A model generated the notes under the pieces. That model was not told where the DNA came from and searched no databases. It saw only the letters and a program-made list of their open reading frames with translations. Of a stretch of DNA of 34,672 nucleotides, positions 22,785 to 34,123 are shown piece after piece. The position numbers and the translations under genes were made by a program. Each line of letters starts with the position of its first letter. Position 1 is the first letter of the stretch. Origin of the DNA: Callorhinchus milii (taxonomy: Eukaryota); the NCBI RefSeq assembly GCF_018977255.1, contig NW_024705558.1, positions 1 through 34,672 of the forward strand. The letters run 5' to 3'.

Positions 22785-24120
22785 CTATAGCTCAGCAGTT
22801 AAAACACTTGCCTTACAAGCAAGTTTGCATGACCACACCACCCATTCCCTTGACCCCTCCCCACCCCTCTCCTTAGCTCCCAGCTCCACCTCCTCTGCCC
22901 TCTACTCTCCCACACCAAGAATCTCTCCAGATCATATATCGCCATTCCATCACCCTAAAAAGACATATGATCTCCCTTTTCTGGAAAAAGTCTTCCCTGG
23001 GCCCATTCTTCTTTTCTAACTGCTGGCTTATCTCCAATCTCCCTTTTCTTTTCAAGGTCCTTGAAAGAGTCATTGCTTCCAAGCTTTGCTCCTTCCTATC
23101 CTACCATTCCCTTCACTAGCCTCTCCAATGGGTTTCCATGCTGCTCACAACATGGATACTGCTCTGGTCAAGTTCACAACAACATCCTGTCCACCTGTAA
23201 TTAGGGATTTCTCTATCTCCTCATCCTCCATGTTCCTCTCCTCTTCAACCTCTACATGCTCCCTCTTGGTGACATCATCCACAGATATAGGGTCAACTTC
23301 CACATATATGTGGATGACACCCAACTCTATCTTTCTGCCTCCACCCTCAATTCTAGGACACTGACATCCTAACAAACTCCAAAGGGGTCATATCCTCTCC
23401 CGCACCAGGCTCCGTGAACCAATCACTCCCATCCTCGCCCACATCCGGCTCCACTGGCTCCCCATCTCTCAGAGGATAGCATTCAAGATCCTCTTCCTTA
23501 CTTTCAAGGCCCCCTTCTAGCTCTCTGACCCCTATCAACCTATCTGCTCCCTCCATTAAGAAGACTCCGACCTGCTCCATATCTTCTGCATGACTCATTG
23601 ATGGCCTCTCTGCCCTACCTTTTGAGACTCCATCCCACAATCCCCTCATCTCGCTCCCTCTCTTGCCTCTTTCAAGGCACAACTCAAGACCCTCCTGGTT
23701 TTACCGTACCTTCAGTGCTCTCTGCTCTCCTTAATTCCAATCCTGCCCCTGCATCACACACACACACACACACACCCCACTCACCCATGCTCAGATCCTG
23801 ATCTATGACTGCTCTGCTCCTTGGGACATCCTCCTCATTGAAATGTGCTTTACAAATATAATATTGTTGTTGTTGATTCCCACAGAGCAAAACGTTGAGC
23901 AAGTATCATTACTCCACATGCCTCTGTTTACCTTAAATAGGATACTGGTTGTTAGTCGATTGATGGAATACTTTCCGGTGGTAATAATCTCTTCAAAAAT
24001 AATAAGAATAATTTGGTTACTCAATCCAGGACTGTTTATGGGACACTGTATGCAATTGGCTGTCATATTTCACCCATTGAATATAAAGTTAATTCACTTT
24101 AAGGTATATTCTGATGTGAA
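22785..24120 (+). mobile_element. Old tRNA-SINE (22785-22822 and 23876-24120) split by an L2 insertion
   Basis: Head ctatagctcagcagttaaaacacttgccttacaagcaag resumes as attccc-acagagcaaaacgttgagcaagt...ttactccaca and ggactgtttatgggacactgtatgcaattggctg. Confidence 0.7.
22826..23875 (+). mobile_element. Decayed, internally deleted L2
   Basis: ISNLPFLFKVLE, GFHAAHNMDTALVK and YVDDTQLY remnants; tail ttgggacatcctcc...(GTT)n. Confidence 0.85.
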
Positions 24121-24139
24121 TAGTTGCTTACACACGTAC

Positions 24140-24630
24140 ATCTATACCCTTCACCCACTGTTACGTTCATATTCCTCATCCCCACATCCATATTCCTCAC
24201 ATCCAGTCCATTTCTCTCACCCAAAGTCCATATACCTCACCCCCTCTTATCCATATCCCTCAGCCCCAAGTTCTCACCTCAAACAACCATATTCCTCACC
24301 CTTATGTCCATATCTCTCATCCACGCTCACATCCATATACCTCACGCCTTCTTATCCATATCCTTCACCCCCACAAGTCGATACCCCTCACCCTTCCTAC
24401 TTCCAAATCCCTCACCATCCCAATTACCAGATCCCTCACTCCCACTACCATATCCCTCACCCTCCCGACGCCCATATCGCTCACCCCCCATGTCCATATC
24501 CCTCACACCCATGCCCATATCTGTCAATCCCACAGGTGCATATTCCTCACACCCTCAGATCCATATCCATCTCCTGCCAAATCCAAATTGCTTTCCTCCA
24601 TATTTTCAAATCCCTCACGCTCCTTATTTA
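24140..24630. repeat. Degenerate ~18-20 bp minisatellite (CCATATCCCTCACCCC-type)
   Basis: Repeated ccatat(c/a/t)cctcaccc motifs. Confidence 0.8.
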
Positions 24631-25237
24631 TGTACCAGTGTGTCTCCCTCTCGCCCATGCTCCAGCAAGCGTCAGGGACAGTGGCAAGCCAGCAAGTGGC
24701 ATGGCCTCAGAAACCCATGTAAACCAAGTGGGAGTCACGTCACAGGCCCATAAATCAGGCAGTGGCAGGGAGTCACAGGGCTGGTTTCCCAGTGATCGGG
24801 ACCAGTGGTAGCCAGATGGGAGGAGCAGTAGCTATAAGCTGGGCTAGGGTCTCGTGGACCGTACCAGTATTGAACTCTCTTCACTTCCTACAAACTGTCC
24901 ATTAACCGTCCCTGAAGCTGCCTTTAAATCCACTGATGTTTAAAAAAGATAATCCTGATAAATATGAGAAAATCAACTTTCAGAGTCAGCTATGTAAATG
25001 AGCATAGGACCTATCTCTCTCTGTCTGTCAGCTCATTTCACTGTCTGCCCTGTGGCACTGTTTCACCTTCAAACTCCAGTGCAAATTGGCAACATCTGAA
25101 AAATGAAATGGTTGCAAACTTGAAAAAATATAAAAATAGCTGTTTGCAGCCAGCTCTATAATTAATTGCGAAGCATGTAAATGAGGTGGAAAACAATGAT
25201 CCAGCTCAGTGTTCAACAGGCTAATCACAACTGCCCT

Positions 25238-25559
25238 TAATAATAATAATCCTTGCATTTGATATAGCGCTTTTCACGTCAGGAGGACGTCCCAAAGCGC
25301 TTCACAGAACACACTGTAAAGTGAATTGACTGTATATTTGTGGGCGAACGCGGCAGCCAATTGCGCACAGCAATGTCCCACAAACAGTCGTAGATTGAAA
25401 ATGACCAATTTATTATTGTTTTTGGTTTTGGAGGGATTATTATTAGGCTCTGTGTGGAGTAAGGAAACTTGCCCAAGGTTTGGCCCTCTGCCTGGAATTG
25501 AACTCAGGTCTCTCACTTGCAAAGCGAGTGCTCTAACCACTGAGCTACAGGACTCCACT
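25238..25559 (-). mobile_element. Full-length young tRNA(Ala)-derived SINE, about 320 bp
   Basis: Complete tRNA head with A and B boxes, linker, Deu-like 3' block, L2-type stem-loop and (ATT)n tail. Confidence 0.95.
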
Positions 25560-26480
25560 GTAGCCGAATGTAATCCAAATCTCTCATATAAAAAACTGCT
25601 TATTTTTAGCACGAAACAAAGGAACCGGACCTTTGTCGGGCTACCAATTTGTCATTTATTCATGAAAAATTCTTCATCTCTGAAGTTTGATCTTCTCTGA
25701 TTGAGCCAGTCTCAGCTTGGCTGTTACAATTGGTTTTGCTGTCCCTGGGTAAGAGTGTGGCAGAGAGAGAGAATCAACCAGACGTCTTTGCCACTAACTC
25801 CTTACTTTTGCTGGAAACTCATGAAGATAAACAGCTGGTCAGGAAGAGATAAGACTTTGTTTCAGGGTTTGCAATAGCATGTCCTGCAGTCACAGTGTAG
25901 ATGGCACTTGAGAGAGGAGAGCTAATGGAAGCTCAAATTAGCCCAGTCAGCACTTTGACAGGAGGGAGTTAGGGAAGAAAGCTGGATCATTTCCTCAATC
26001 AGCTTCCAGTTTATCCCCATGTTCTTTAATATTGTTTCTAATAGTTAATTACATATATATATTTATGTATTCTATAAATTAATTATATATAATTTGTATG
26101 TGTCGGAACAAAAACTATATTGCTTCTGCAAACAAACCCTGTTTTGGAATGGAAACGGGTCAATACAGTTTTCCGCTACCTACTTCAAGGAGCTGGGCTG
26201 TTTCTCCAACGATATCTCGTCGCAAGATTCTGAGACCGTCCTTCAGGAGGTGCTGTCATCCGAGCAGCCACCGAGGGACTGAAAGCGGAAACTGTGGCAG
26301 CTCTCGTGGCTGAGGAAGTGCTTCAGGCCTTACTGTGTTGCAGAGAAGCCAGAGGTGAGGCTCACCGTTCTCACACTGTGAATTCAGGAAAACCATTCAG
26401 ATTTGAGGAGTCTTCATCAGTGACAACAGCGCTGCAGTCATCATAACCATACATGGCTTTTAGTGAGATGTTTCACAATG

Positions 26481-26943
26481 GCCTGCAGCTCAGTGGTTAG
26501 AGCACTCGCCTCGCAAGTGAGAGACCCGGGTTCGATAAGAAAAAGTAAAATTAAATAATAATTTGGGTACTCAATCCACCCAATCGTCCCTCCATTCTCA
26601 TTCCCTGCCATCCACTGTCTGTCTCCCTCCCTCCTTCACAGTCTTATCTGTTTCCTGACATCCCATTCTGTATCTCACTCTCTCCATTCCAGCCTCTATC
26701 TGTCTCCATCCGTCCCATCCTCTGTCTTTCTACTTCCCTCCCATCCTCTGTCTGACTCTCTCTTCCTCCCATCTCTCACCTACGACTGTTTGTAAGGACA
26801 CTGCTGTGTGCAATTGGCTGCCACATTTCGCCCACAAAATATACAGTCAATTCACTTTACGGAATATTCAGTGAAGCACTTTGAGACGTTGAGAAGATGT
26901 GAAAAGCGCTATATCAAATGCAAGGATTATTATTATTATTATT
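26481..26943 (+). mobile_element. tRNA-SINE containing a ~200 bp CT-rich insert (about 26580-26779)
   Basis: Head gcagctcagtggttagagcactcgcctcgcaagtgagagacccgggttcga. The body resumes at ctacgactgtttgt (26780) and ends in (ATT)n. Confidence 0.85.
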
Positions 26944-27059
26944 ACCTGGCAAGGGGGAACCGTAGTGTTGGACTTTCCAGTTTTCTCACCATTCAACATG
27001 ATGTCACTTCCACCCGCCAAGTTTGAATCCCTGGTAGCAAATGCAGTGTTGTTTATACT

Positions 27060-30000
27060 GGTGTCTCCCTCTCTCCCATCTTCTGTGTCTCTCCACCTCT
27101 GCCATCCTATGTCTCTCTCCCTCTCTCCCATCCTATGTCTCTCTCCCTCTCTCCTACCCTCTGTCTCTCTCCCTCTCTCCCATCCTCTGTGTCTCTCCAT
27201 CTCTGCCATCCTATGTCTCTCTCCCTCTCTCCCATCCTATGTCTCTCTCCCTCTCTCCTACCCTCTGTCTCTCTCCCTCTCTCCCATCCTGTGTCTCTCC
27301 ATCTCTGCCATCCTATGTCTCTCTCCCTCTCTCCCATCCTATGTGTCTCTCCCTCTCTTTTACCCTCTGTCTCTCTCCCTCTCTCCCATCCTCTGTGTCT
27401 CTCCGTCTCTCCCATCCTCCGTCTCTCTCCCTCTCTCTCATCTTCTGTCTTTCTTCCGCTCTCCCATCCTCTGTCTCTCTCCCGCTCTCTCATCCTCTGT
27501 CTGACTCTCCCTGCCTCCCAACCTCTGTCTGCTTCCCTACCATCCACTCTCTGTCCCTATATCCTTCCCATCCTCTGTCTGTCTCTCTTTGCCTCACATC
27601 CTCTGTCTTTCTCCCTCCCTCTTATCCTCTATCTGTCTCCCTCCATCCTATCCTGTCTGTCTCCCTCCCTCACTTCCTCTGTTATTCTCTTTACCTACCA
27701 TCCTGTATGTTACTCCCTTCCTCCTATTCTCTTTCTGTCTCTCTCTCCCTCCTATCCTGTCTATCTCTCCCTCCCATCCTCTGCCTATCTCACCCTTGTA
27801 TCCTCTCTGTGTTTCCTTCCCTCTCATCCTATGTTTCACTCTTTCCCTCCCATCCTCTGTCTGTTTCTCTCTCCCTCCCATCTTCTGTCTGTCTTCCTCA
27901 CATTCTCTGACTGTCTCCCTCCCTGGCATCCTCTGTCTGTCTGTTTCCCTTCCTCCCATCCTGTCTCTCTCACAACCTCTATCTGTCTCCCTATCTCCCA
28001 TCCTGTATCTCACTTCCTCCCTCCCATCCACTCTCTGTATCCCTCCATCTCATGTCTGTCTCCCTCCCATCCTCTATCTGTCTCCTTCCCTACATTCCAA
28101 TGTCTTTCTCCCTCCTTTCCATCCTCGTTCTGTCTCTTTTTGTCCCATCACCTGTCTGTCTCCCTCCCACCCATTCTTCTGTCTGTCTCCCACCCTCCCA
28201 AAATGTGTCTGTCACCCTCCCTACCATCCTCTGTCTGTCACCCTCCCTCCCATCCTCTGTCTGTCTATCTCCCTCCCATCATCTGGATGTCTCTCTCCCT
28301 CCCATTCTCTGCCAGTCTCTTCCCTCCCATCCTCTGTATTTCTCCTTCCCTCCGATCCTCTGTGTGCTCCCTCCTTCCCATCACCTGTCTGTCTCTCTCC
28401 CTCCCATTCTCTGTCTGTCTCCCTCTTTCGCATCTTATCTCTCTCCCTCCCTCGCTTCCTTTGTCTGTCTCCCTACCTCCCATTCTGTATCTCACTCAAC
28501 AACAACAACAACAAGATTCCATTTATTGAGCGCCTTTCACGTCGGGAGGACGTCCCAAGGCGCTGTACAGTTGGGTCAGAACCCGAGCATTGGGGGACAA
28601 TGGTCAGGGTGAGGGGAGGGAAGGGAGGGAGCGAGGAGGGGGTAGAGAGTCGAGAGGGGAGGTGAAGGTACGGTCAAAGAGAAAGGTCTTGAGACCGACC
28701 TTGAAGGAGGAAAGGGAGGAAGCGGCGAAGGCACTGGGGGATAGAGTTCCAGAGCCTCGGGGCTGAGAGGCTGAAGGCCCGACCACCGATGGTAGGGCGG
28801 TTGGGGCGTAGGATGTGGAGCAGATCGGAGCCAGAGGAACGGAGGGTACGGGCAGGTACGTAGGGGGATAGTAGGTCGGAGAGGTAAGATAGAGCGAGGC
28901 CGTGAATGGCCTTGTAGGTGAGGGTGAGGGTGAGGATCTTGAATTCTCCCACCCTCCCATCCTGCCTTTCTCTCTCTCCCTCCCATCCTCTGTCACCCGC
29001 CCTCCCATCCTCTGTCTGTCTCCCTCCCTCCCATCCTGTTTTTCTCTCTCTCCCTCCCATCCTCTGTCACCCGCCCTCCCATCTTCTGTCTATCTCCCTC
29101 CCTCCCTCCCATCCTGCTTCCTTTCTCTCCCTCCATCTCTGTCCATCTCCCTCCCTCCCATCCTCTATCTGTCCCTCCCTGCCTTCCATCCTCTGTCTGT
29201 CTGCTTCCCTCCCATCCACTCTCTGTCTCTATCTCCCTCCTATCCTCTGTCTGTCTGTCTGCCTGCCTGCCTGCCTGCCTGTCTGTCCCTTCCATTCTCT
29301 ATCTCTATGTCCCTCCCATCCTCTATCTGTCTCCTGCCCTCCCATCCTCTGTCTCTCTCCCTCCCAGCCTTTGTTTGTCTCTCTCTCTGTCCCATCCTCT
29401 GTTTGTCTCTGTCTCCCTCCTATCCTCTGTGTCTGTCTCCCTCGCATCTTCTGTCTGTCTCGCTCCCTCCCATTCTGTATCTCACTCCCTCTGTCTTTCT
29501 TGCTCCCTCCAATCCTTTGGCTTTCTCCCTCCCTCACTACGTCTTTCTGTTGCTCTATCTCCCATCCTGCATCTCACACCCTTCCTCCCATTCTCTGTCT
29601 GTGTCCCTTCCTCCCATTCTCTGTATGTCTCCTGCCCTCCCATCCTCTGGCTGTCTCATTCCCTCCCATCCTGTCTGTCTCCCTCCCTCCCATCCTGTAT
29701 CTCATTCCTTTCCTCCCATTCTCTGTCTGTGTCTCTTCCTCCCAATCTCTGTATGTCTCCTGCCCTCCCATCCTCTGGCTGGCTCATTCCCTCCAATCTT
29801 CTGTCTGTCTCTCTCTCCCTTCCACCCTCTGTCTGTCTCCCTCATATCTTCCGTCTGTCTCCCTCTCTCCCATCCTTTGTCTTTCTCCTTCCCTCCCATC
29901 CTCTGTCTGTCTCCCTTCCTCCCATCCTCTGTGTGTCTCCATACCTCCCATCCTCTGTCTGTTTCCCTCTACCTCGCATTCTCTGACTGTCTACCTTCCT

Positions 30001-31368
30001 CCCTTTCTCTGTCTATCTCTCTCCCTCCCATCATCTGTCTGTATCCCTCCCTCTCATCCTCATTCTGTCTCTCTCTCCCTCCCATCCTCTGTCTATCTTT
30101 CACTTGCATCCGCTGTCTTCCTCCTTCCCATCTACTGTCTCATTCCCTCCCTCCCATCCTCGGTTTGTATCTCTCCCTCCCATCATCTGTCTGTCTCCCT
30201 CGCCCTCATCCTCTGTCTGTCTCCCTCCCTCCCATCCTCTGTCTGTCTCCCTCCTCCAATCCTCTGTCTGTCACCCTTCCTCCCATCCTCTGTCTGTATC
30301 TCCCTCATATCCTCTGTCTATTCTCCCTCCCACCCATCCTCTGTCTGTCTCCCTCGCTACCATCCTCTGTTTGCCTCCCTCCCTCCCATCCTCTCTCTTT
30401 CTCACACTCTCCCATCATCTTCCTGTCTCCCTCCCTCGCTTCCTCTGTCTGTCTCACATCCTCCTATCCTCTGTCTATCTCGCTTCCTCTCATCCTCTGT
30501 CTCACTCTATCGCTCCCATCCTCTATGTGTCTCCCTTCATCTTTTCCCCTATCTCTCTACTTCCATCCCTCCTATCCTCTGTCTGCCTCCCTTCCTCCCA
30601 TCCTCTGTCTGTCTCTGTCCCTCCCTCCCATCCTCTATCTGCTTCTATGTCCCTCCCATCCCGTCTGTGTTTCTCCCACCTATCCTCTGTCTGGCTCTAT
30701 CTCTTCCAGCCTCTGTCTATCTGCCCCTTGTATCTGCTGACTGTCCCCTCCCATCCTATGTCTATCTCGCTTACTCCCATCCTCTATCTGTCTTCATCCC
30801 ACCCATCCTCTATTTCATTCCCTCCCTCCAATCTTCTGTTTGTCTCCCTCCCTCCCATCCTCTAACTATCTCCATCCCTCCCATTCTTTGTCTGTCTCTC
30901 TTTTCCTCCCATCACCTTTCTGTCTCCCTCCCTCCCCTCCTCTGTCTGTCTCCCTCCCTCCCTCCCTCCATCCTGTCTGTCTTTCTCTCTCTCCCATCCT
31001 CTGTATATCTGCCCCTCATATCCTCTGTCTGTCTTCTCCCTCCCATCCTCTGTCTTTCTCCATCCCTCCTATCCTCTTTCTGTCTCCCTCCCTACCTCTC
31101 TCCCTCCCTCCATCCTCAGTCTGTCTTCATCCCTCCCTCCCATCCTCTGTCTGTATCCCTCCCTACCATCCTCATTCTGTCTCTCCCTCCCTCCCATTCT
31201 CTGTCTGTCTCTCTCCCTCCCATCCTCTGCCTGTCTCTCTCTCACACACATCCTCTGTCTATCTCTTCCTAGCAACATCTCTCTGTCTAACTCCATCCCA
31301 TGTTCTGTCTATCTCCCACCCTCCCATCCTCTGTCTGATTCTCTCCCTCCCATCATCTCTCTGTGTGC
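27060..31368. repeat. ~4.3 kb polypyrimidine minisatellite (core TCCCATCCTCTGTCTGTCTCCCTCCC, ~22-28 bp)
   Basis: Many degenerate units, almost purely C/T on the plus strand; interrupted by an L2 at 28498-28943. Confidence 0.96.
28498..28943 (-). mobile_element. Young 5'-truncated L2 inserted in the satellite
   Basis: Highly similar to 4834-5362: (CAA)n tail, stem-loop and FKIL-LTYKAIHGLA. Confidence 0.95.
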
Positions 31369-31497
31369 CTCCTCCCACTTTAACCTTCAAGGTTCTGTCC
31401 TTGACTGGTTCAGTCCTAACTTTCACACCTCTTCTACTTCATCTCAGCTATCGGCTTCTTCTCCAGCTCCTGTACTGTTTCATTCGGTGTTCCTCAA
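31369..31497 (+). mobile_element. L2 RT fragment
   Basis: cctcccactttaaccttcaaggttctgtccttgactggttcag...ggtgttcctcaa (SH-NLQGSVLDWF...GVPQ). Confidence 0.75.
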
Positions 31498-31935
31498 CAA
31501 TAGCAACAACTTGGATGTATATAGCGCCCTCCACGCCAGATGGCTTCTCAGAGCGCTTTACAATAATGGATCCCGGGACCGAGCCAGGGGGAGGGAGAGG
31601 AAAGTGACCAAAGGCGCGGTCAAAAAGAAAGTTCTTCAGCCGAGACCTGAAAATAGGAAGGGAGGGAGCGAGACGAAGGGTGAGGAAAGGAGTTCCAGAG
31701 CCTCAGGGCATAGTGGCTGAAAGCACAGCCACTGAGAGTGGAGCGGAGGACTCGGGGGACGAGGAGGAGGCCAGACCCGGATGAACAGAGGCAATGGGTA
31801 CTGTTTTGAGGAGAGAGGAGGTCAGAGAAGTCGGGGGGTGCAGAGGAGTGCAGGGACTTGAAGGAGATCCTCTCTGGGATAGAGCCAGTGCAGTCTGGCC
31901 AGGACTGGAGTGATCGGGGACCAGAGTTTCATACG
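31497..31935 (-). mobile_element. L2 3' fragment (second tail subfamily)
   Basis: caacaacttggatgtatatagcgccctccacgcc tail; body collinear with other L2 3' regions. Confidence 0.8.
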
Positions 31936-32387
31936 GGTAAGAATGCGGGTGGCATGATTTGGATTTTATGGATAACATAAGATAACATAACATAACATAC
32001 ATAGCATCACATGTAGGAGCAGGAGTAGGCCATTTGGCCCTTCGAGCCTGCCCCACCATTCAATCATGGCTGATCTTCTAATCTAACTCCAGCTAATAAC
32101 CTAACCCTGCCTTATCCCCATATCCCTTAATCCCTTTAGCAATAAGAAATCTATCTACCCCAGTCTTGAATATGTTTGAGGACTGAGCGTCAACAGCCCT
32201 TTGGGGTAGTGAGTTCCATACATTCACTGCCCTTTGAGTGAAGTTCTTCCTCAACTCAGTGCGACAGGGCTGACCTCTAATTTTAAGGTTGTACCCCTGG
32301 TTTTAGTTTCCCCAGCCAGGGAAAACAATCTCCCACTATCTACTCTATCATGCCCTTTGATGATCTTATAGGTTTCTATAAGATCCC

Positions 32388-33132
32388 TGTTAGAGTTTAT
32401 ACTTTTTGTATAATGTTAGAATCACAATAGATGTTGCGAACGGGTTAACTTTTACATTAAGTGTGGGCAGCTGGACTGAAACTCATGAGTTTCCCAGGAT
32501 CACGTGAATGTCTCAAGGATAAGATGTGTACTACTGCCCTGCAAGTACACAAGATAAGGGACTGTCTCAAGGACAGTGTGATTGTGTGTGTGAGGCACGT
32601 ACACCCCATGAGGTGTTCACGTGAACCTGGCATGATTTTGGCCAGGTGACCTAATGTCCGCACCATGATTGGATAAACATTGGTATAAGAGTTCCGATAA
32701 CTTTGTGTACGGGGCCGTCCCAGGTCGTGGAGACAAGGATACGGGAGATGGGGCCATCCCGGGTCACAGAGACAAGGATGCGGGAGATGGAGCCGTCCCG
32801 GGTCGTGGAGACAAGGGTACGCTAATCGAAAAATGAGAGCTGGAAACACTAAGACTGAGGATATCAGATGGAAGACTGAGAACTGTAAGCAGGAAGACTG
32901 AAAGCATGAAGAATCAACCTTGTGTGCTGGAAAGACACAGTGTTGAACTCTTGAACTCGAGATATCTATAGTGGTGTTATTCTGTTATAAGATCTGTTGA
33001 TTGTATCGGCCTTTGGTCTGACCCATCGGGATATTGGGGAATAACGAACGAATAATAATAAAACAGTCTGATATCTGGTTAGAGGAATTAGCGTTATTTC
33101 CTTACAGATTTGGCTGATTTTATTTTCTAACA
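32388..33132 (+). mobile_element. Solo LTR, 745 bp, inserted in CR1
   Basis: Termini TGTTAGA...TCTAACA (7-bp inverted repeat, TG..CA). TCCC TSD at 32384-32387 and 33133-33136. TATA-like GTATAAGA near 32683 and AATAAA at 33057-33062. Three internal ~39-bp repeats at about 32713-32822. Confidence 0.88.
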
Positions 33133-33662
33133 TCCCCTCTAATTCTTCTATATTCTAGAGAATATAGGCCCAAATTGGTCAGCCTATCCTCGTAACTCAT
33201 CCCCTCCATCCCTGGTACTAACCGAGTAAATCTACGCTGCACCCCCTCCAAGGCAAGTACATCCTTCCTTAAATAAGGCGACCAAAACTGCACAGTATTC
33301 CAGGTGTGGTCTCACAGGGCACTATACAGTTGCAGCGAGACTTCCCTACTCTTATACTCTAATCCTTTCATAGTGAATGCTAACATACCATTCGCCTTCC
33401 TAATTGCTGCTGCACCTGCAGACTAACTTTCTGTGACTGGTGTACAAGGACACCCAAGTCCCTCTGGACGCTAACACATTCCAATCTCTCCCCTTCCAAA
33501 AAATAACCCGCTCTACTGTTTTTGCTACCGAGGTGGATGATTTCGCACTTCCCTACATTACACTTCATCTGCCACCTACCTCCCCAATCACCTAACCTAT
33601 CTATGTCGCACTGCATTTTTTTAAGGTTGTCCTCCTAGTTTTGTGTCATCTGTGAATTTAGC

Positions 33663-34009
33663 TGGAGTCCTGTAGCTCAGTGGTTAGAGCACTCGCCTTG
33701 CAAGCGAGACACCTGGGTTCAATTCCAAACAGGGTGAAACCTTGGGCAAGTTTCCTTACTCCACACGCCTGATAATAATCCCTCCAAAACAAAACAATAA
33801 TAAATTGGTCATTTTTAATCAACGACTGTAAATTGGTCATTTTCAATCCACGACTGTTTGTGGGACACTGCTGTGCGCAATTGGCTGCCGCATTTTCGCC
33901 CACAAATATATGGTCAATTCACTTTACAGTCTATTCTGTGAAGCGCATTGAGATGTCTGGAAGACGTGAAAAGCGCTATATCGAATGCAAGGAGTATTAT
34001 TATTATTTA
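33663..34009 (+). mobile_element. Full-length tRNA-SINE inserted in the CR1 RT
   Basis: Complete head to (ATT)n tail. Probable TTAG duplication (33658-33661 and 34010-34013). Internal duplication of taaattggtcatttt..aatc.acgactg. Confidence 0.92.
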
Positions 34010-34123
34010 TTAGGTATATTAGCTTCGATGTCTTCATCTAGATCGTTGATGTAGATGGTAAATGGCTGAGGCCCAAGGACTGATCCTTGTGGCACTCCAC
34101 TAGTCACATCCCGCCAATCTGAA

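Larger units (their letters stand above)
31972..34123 (-). mobile_element. CR1 LINE 3' part (RT C-terminal half to tail), interrupted by a solo LTR and a SINE
   Basis: Tail (CATAA)n plus taggagcaggagtaggccatttggcccttcg. Minus-strand [29 protein letters not shown] and DIDRLGDW...QRDLGVLVH. Confidence 0.93.

Noticed and set aside
23843..24811. 322-aa Pro/His/Ser-rich ORF
   Set aside because: Runs through a SINE remnant and a minisatellite.
26899..31607. Very long ORFs (464, 612, 784 aa) rich in L/S/P/C
   Set aside because: They arise from a C/T-only satellite that rarely produces stop codons. Several frames are open at once and no domain is recognisable.
32713..32822. CRISPR-like repeat array
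   Set aside because: Contiguous tandem repeats without unique spacers, inside an LTR in vertebrate DNA, with no cas genes.
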